Source: Candidatus Eiseniibacteriota bacterium (GTDB taxonomy: Bacteria > Eisenbacteria > RBG-16-71-46 > CAZAMP01). From it: DNA of 64,000 nucleotides. A program made the position numbers and the translations under genes. Shown here piece by piece: positions 60,555 to 64,000 of this stretch (position 1 is its first letter; every line of letters begins with the position of its first letter). The notes under the pieces are model-generated. The model saw nothing but the letters and a program-made list of their open reading frames with translations, was not told where the DNA came from and ran no database searches. The stretch lies in contig OZ245046.1 of assembly GCA_965224245.1 (NCBI GenBank), positions 992,001 through 1,056,000 of the forward strand, read 5' to 3'.

Positions 60555-60997
60555 CGCACGAACGAGAGCCCTCGTTCGACCTTGCCGGCATCCTGGAGAC
60601 CGTTCAGGAGAAGCTACGTGAGAAGGGCATTCACGTGGACCTGGGTGGAGACATGGCGGCATGTTGCGACTCGGAGGGCACGCCGAAGGTGAAGGTGGTC
60701 TGCGTCGCGCCCGGGCTTCGAGACTCGGTGCGCGAGATGGGCAAGGCGCCGCGCGGCCAGGTCGTCATGGTGCGTGTGGACGACGAGACGAGCGAGTCCC
60801 TCGACGCCTGGGTGGCGACGGGTGCCGTGAAGAGTCGCTCGGAAGCGGCGGCGCTGTTCATCCGGGAAGGCCTGAAGGTGCGGGCCGACGAGCTCGAGCG
60901 TCTACGGGACGCGCTGCGCGACGTTCAGGACGCCCAGGAGAAGCTGCGGCGGCGCGCGCGAGAGATGTTCGGACAGGAATCCGACGAGACGTCATGA
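60551..60997 (+). CDS. Ribbon-helix-helix (CopG-like) regulator with Cys-rich N-terminus and coiled-coil tail
   Basis: VVMVRVDDETSESLDAWVATGAVKSRSEAAALFIREGL; AGGAG RBS. Confidence 0.72.
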   Translation: MTHEREPSFDLAGILETVQEKLREKGIHVDLGGDMAACCDSEGTPKVKVVCVAPGLRDSVREMGKAPRGQVVMVRVDDETSESLDAWVATGAVKSRSEAAALFIREGLKVRADELERLRDALRDVQDAQEKLRRRAREMFGQESDETS

Positions 60998-61019
60998 CAC
61001 GATCGTCGGGAGGTCACGC

Positions 61020-61931
61020 ATGGCAATTCACCAGATGACAGATCGTGCGACGACGAACGGGTCCGTGCGCGCGAGTGACGAGTGGTCGACCACGGTGAAG
61101 ACCGCGCTGTGCGATCCCGTAGCGGTTCGCGAGCTGGTCGACCGCGCGGAACGTTCCGATCGGCTGCGGGTCGCCAACGCACGGATGCAGGCGGATCTGG
61201 ACGCCGCCGCTCGCATCCAGCGCTCGCTGCTTCCCAGGCAGTCACCGCTGATGCACGGCGTCCGCGTGGCGTGGGAGGTTCTGCCGTGCACGGAGCTCGC
61301 CGGGGACATCCTGGACGTCTTTGCTCTGGACGAGGACCACCTCGCGCTCTACGTCGTGGACGTGAGCGGACACGGCGTCGCGGCGGCGATGCTCTCGCAC
61401 ACGGTGCACCGGCTCCTCTCGAGCCCGGCGTCCATCATCACGCGCCGGCGAGGGGGAGAGATCGTCGGACCGGCGGAAGTCTGCCGGCAGCTCAACGAGC
61501 TCCTTCCGATGGACCCGGAGACGCGGCAGTACGCCACGTTGCTCTACGGAGTCATCGATCTCCGGGCCCGGACGTTCCGCTTCGCATCGGCCGGGCACTG
61601 TCCACCCGTGTTGACGTCGATCGGCGGGCCGGCGGTGGAGATCCCGGCACGTGGTTTTCCGATCGGTGCGTTTCCCGACTCGCAGTACGAGGAGCACGTC
61701 GTGCACGTGCCGCCCCGCGCGAGGCTCCACCTCTACTCGGACGGGCTCGTGGAGCTCGGCGCTCGTGAGGGGGTGTTCGTGGAGCCGGCCTGGTTGCTGC
61801 AGGTGATCGAGGAGAGCGGGAGCCGATCGGTGGAAGCGTCGGTGCCGTTCATTCTCGAACGGGCGCGTGGCGTCAACCCCAGCGCGACGTTCTCGGACGA
61901 CGTGTCCCTGCTCGTGCTGGAGATCGAGTAG
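61020..61931 (+). CDS. PP2C/SpoIIE (RsbU-like) phosphatase
   Basis: AARIQRSLLP, LAGDILD, DVSGHGVAAA, SAGH, LYSDGLVE, DDVSLL. Confidence 0.9.
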   Translation: MAIHQMTDRATTNGSVRASDEWSTTVKTALCDPVAVRELVDRAERSDRLRVANARMQADLDAAARIQRSLLPRQSPLMHGVRVAWEVLPCTELAGDILDVFALDEDHLALYVVDVSGHGVAAAMLSHTVHRLLSSPASIITRRRGGEIVGPAEVCRQLNELLPMDPETRQYATLLYGVIDLRARTFRFASAGHCPPVLTSIGGPAVEIPARGFPIGAFPDSQYEEHVVHVPPRARLHLYSDGLVELGAREGVFVEPAWLLQVIEESGSRSVEASVPFILERARGVNPSATFSDDVSLLVLEIE

Positions 61932-62255
61932 CGGCATCGACGAGCCGCGTGCTCGGGACCGGGAAGACGAGCGCATTCGCGCGCGTGCGAACGCCCGGCC
62001 GGGTCGGGGGCTTCCCGTGCCGTTCCAGCGGGCCGCTCGAGCCTCTCGACGTGATCGAGCCGTCAGTTTGTCACGGACACCCGGTGAAAAGTCACGCCCC
62101 GGGTCCCTCCCGACCGGCCGCGAGGATTCTCGACTCTCATAACACTCGCTCGACCAGGCGTGTACCGGATTCGAGCGGCCCCGGCATGGTTCTTCCATGA
62201 GACAGGTACACGTGACGATCTCCTCGATCCGTGACGGGCCACCAAGGGAGGAACG

Positions 62256-64000
62256 ATGTGCCGACCGAGCCAACCACGTCGACGTGGACGATCCGAGCTC
62301 AGCCTGAGCTTCACCCTCGCCCTCACGACTCTCGTCGCCTCCACGGTCGCCGCCCAGCCGGACGCCGCGAGATCGAGCGTCGAGCCCTGGGATGACCTCG
62401 GCTTCGCCCGGGTCAGTCCCGGGACGCAGAGCGGCATCGATCTGACGACGGTCCGCGTGCGGGACGCGGCGGGGAATCCGGTCGTGGACAGCGCGGTGGA
62501 GATCGTGTTCGACGCGTGCTTCACGCTCTGTGTCGACGACCCGGACGACGGACTCACGGGCGTCACCAACGGCTCGGGCAACGTCGTGCTGGATCCACGG
62601 GTCGGCGGTTGCTCGACCTGTACGATTCGTGTTCTCGCCGATGGCGTGGTGCTGCGCGAGTTCGATCAGGTCATCAGCCCCGACTGGGACGGCACGTGCG
62701 CCGATGGCGTCGTGGACGATCACGACCTCGAGAGCTTCGGTCTCTTCGGAGGTGTCTGCTTCGACTGGAACGGCGACGGCGAGGCCACGCTGGCGGACTT
62801 CGCGGACATCAACCTTGCGTACGGGGATGCCAACGACAACCCGTGTCCAGTGGATGCCAACGTCTCGCCGTGGGATTCGGACGGCGTTGCGTACTTCGTT
62901 CCCGGCCAGACGGGCGACGATCTGGTGACGGTCAACGTCCCCGGGCGTGGTGCGGGAACGCCGGTGGAGATCCGGATCGCCGGGTGCGACGCTCTGTGCG
63001 CGGATGCATCCACGCTGTCCGGCGAGACCGACGCCAGCGGCAGCATCACCTTAGACCCCGCGGTGGGAGGCTGCGACGACTGCACGGTGCAAGTGCTCGT
63101 GTGTGGGGTGGTGGCAACGGAGTACACCACGATCGCGTCACCGGACCTGTGCCCCGACGGCCGCGTCGACGAGTGCGACTACGCCGTCTTCCAGCAGTAC
63201 TTTCTCGGTACCGACCCCTGCGCGGACTTCAACCGTGACGGCGTCGTCGATCTCAACGACCACAACATGCTCCTCGCCCTGATCGGAAGCTCGAACGACA
63301 CGATCTGCCCGCCGAGCGCGTCCCTGAGCACGGCCGCGCTGTGGGATGGGTACGGGCATGCACTCGTGAGTCCGGGCACCGGGAGTGTGGATCAGCTTCA
63401 GGTGACGGCGAAGAGCGCATCGGGCGCGCCGCTTCCGTTCGCGAAGATCTCGCTCCGTTTCGAGGGCTGCGAGGCGCTGTGCGGCAGCACAGACGACATC
63501 AGCACCCTCGCCGACGAGAACGGCGTGGCCGTGCTCGATCCGGAGCTCGGTGGGTGCGACGTGTGCGACGTCTACGTCGACGTATGCGGTCACGAGATCC
63601 GCCACTTCACGAGCGTGGTCAGCCCCGACTGGAACGGCCTCGCCGCCGACGGTGTGGTCGGCGCCGACGACGAGGCCTGGTTCCTTGCACAGATCGGACT
63701 CTCCGATGCCTGCGCCGACTACGATGGCGACGGGGACGTCGACGGCGACGATCAGTCCATCCTCGCGGCCGCACTCGGCGACACCAACGATGAGCTGTGC
63801 ACACCGCTGGCGATCGGCGAGCCGGCGGTCCAGCCGATCGCGCTCGGTCTCTCGATCACACCGACCCCCGCGACGTCTCGGGTTACACTCGAGTTCACGC
63901 TCACCTCGTCCGGTGAAGTCGCGATCGACGCCTTCGACGTGAACGGACGTCGCGTGCTGGACGAGATCCGCGGTGGGTTCGCGGCCGGCCGCAATCGCAT
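62256..64000 (+). CDS. Secreted protein with three Ig-like + dockerin/EF-hand-like modules and start of a T9SS-like CTD (3' partial; absent from the ORF track)
   Basis: GGGAGG RBS and ATG 62256; open to the window end by manual translation. Three repeats of WD..PG..C..LC..LDPxxGGC..C..SPD..DG.V..CxDxxxDG, then TPTPA..AFDVNGRRV. Confidence 0.85.
   Translation, partial: MCRPSQPRRRGRSELSLSFTLALTTLVASTVAAQPDAARSSVEPWDDLGFARVSPGTQSGIDLTTVRVRDAAGNPVVDSAVEIVFDACFTLCVDDPDDGLTGVTNGSGNVVLDPRVGGCSTCTIRVLADGVVLREFDQVISPDWDGTCADGVVDDHDLESFGLFGGVCFDWNGDGEATLADFADINLAYGDANDNPCPVDANVSPWDSDGVAYFVPGQTGDDLVTVNVPGRGAGTPVEIRIAGCDALCADASTLSGETDASGSITLDPAVGGCDDCTVQVLVCGVVATEYTTIASPDLCPDGRVDECDYAVFQQYFLGTDPCADFNRDGVVDLNDHNMLLALIGSSNDTICPPSASLSTAALWDGYGHALVSPGTGSVDQLQVTAKSASGAPLPFAKISLRFEGCEALCGSTDDISTLADENGVAVLDPELGGCDVCDVYVDVCGHEIRHFTSVVSPDWNGLAADGVVGADDEAWFLAQIGLSDACADYDGDGDVDGDDQSILAAALGDTNDELCTPLAIGEPAVQPIALGLSITPTPATSRVTLEFTLTSSGEVAIDAFDVNGRRVLDEIRGGFAAGRNR

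Noticed and set aside
1-64000. Many long antisense or alternate-frame ORFs (e.g. 12513..14378, 21567..23612, 43519..45516, the 5' part of 55634..57985)
   Set aside because: These are shadows of real high-GC genes: Arg/Pro-rich, with no motifs or RBS.

Overview
High-GC bacterial window dominated by genes for secreted or surface proteins. The gene families suggest an FCB-group candidate lineage such as Eisenbacteria, Krumholzibacteria or Latescibacterota (inference only). About 16 proteins end in a FlgD-Ig/T9SS-like C-terminal domain (CTD). Their passengers include LVIVD, NHL/Vgb, PHISY-type and FG-GAP propellers, an M43-like metalloprotease, a MepA-like peptidase and an Ig/dockerin-like repeat protein. 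Four small secreted proteins instead end in a short [TV]PxxxxSWxxIKxxYR tail, and one ends in PEP-CTERM. One SW-IK protein and the PEP-CTERM protein share the same passenger domain, which argues that the short tail is an interchangeable sorting signal. A signal-peptide RHS/YD protein without a CTD is divergently paired with a mini protein made of a signal peptide, two YD hairpins and a CTD. An ECF sigma/Ser-Thr kinase pair is flanked by two related propeller genes that share a GTCCAC-N17-CTAG motif. The window also holds two sigma54 promoters, an IS21 element (5-bp target duplication, istB nonsense codon) splitting a secreted-protein gene, an interrupted YopT/C58-like protease, gene relics, GNATs, RIO1 and TPR kinases, a YgiD-like dioxygenase and a Cys-rich peptide/RHH/PP2C operon. 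All calls come from reading the sequence; no database searches were run.
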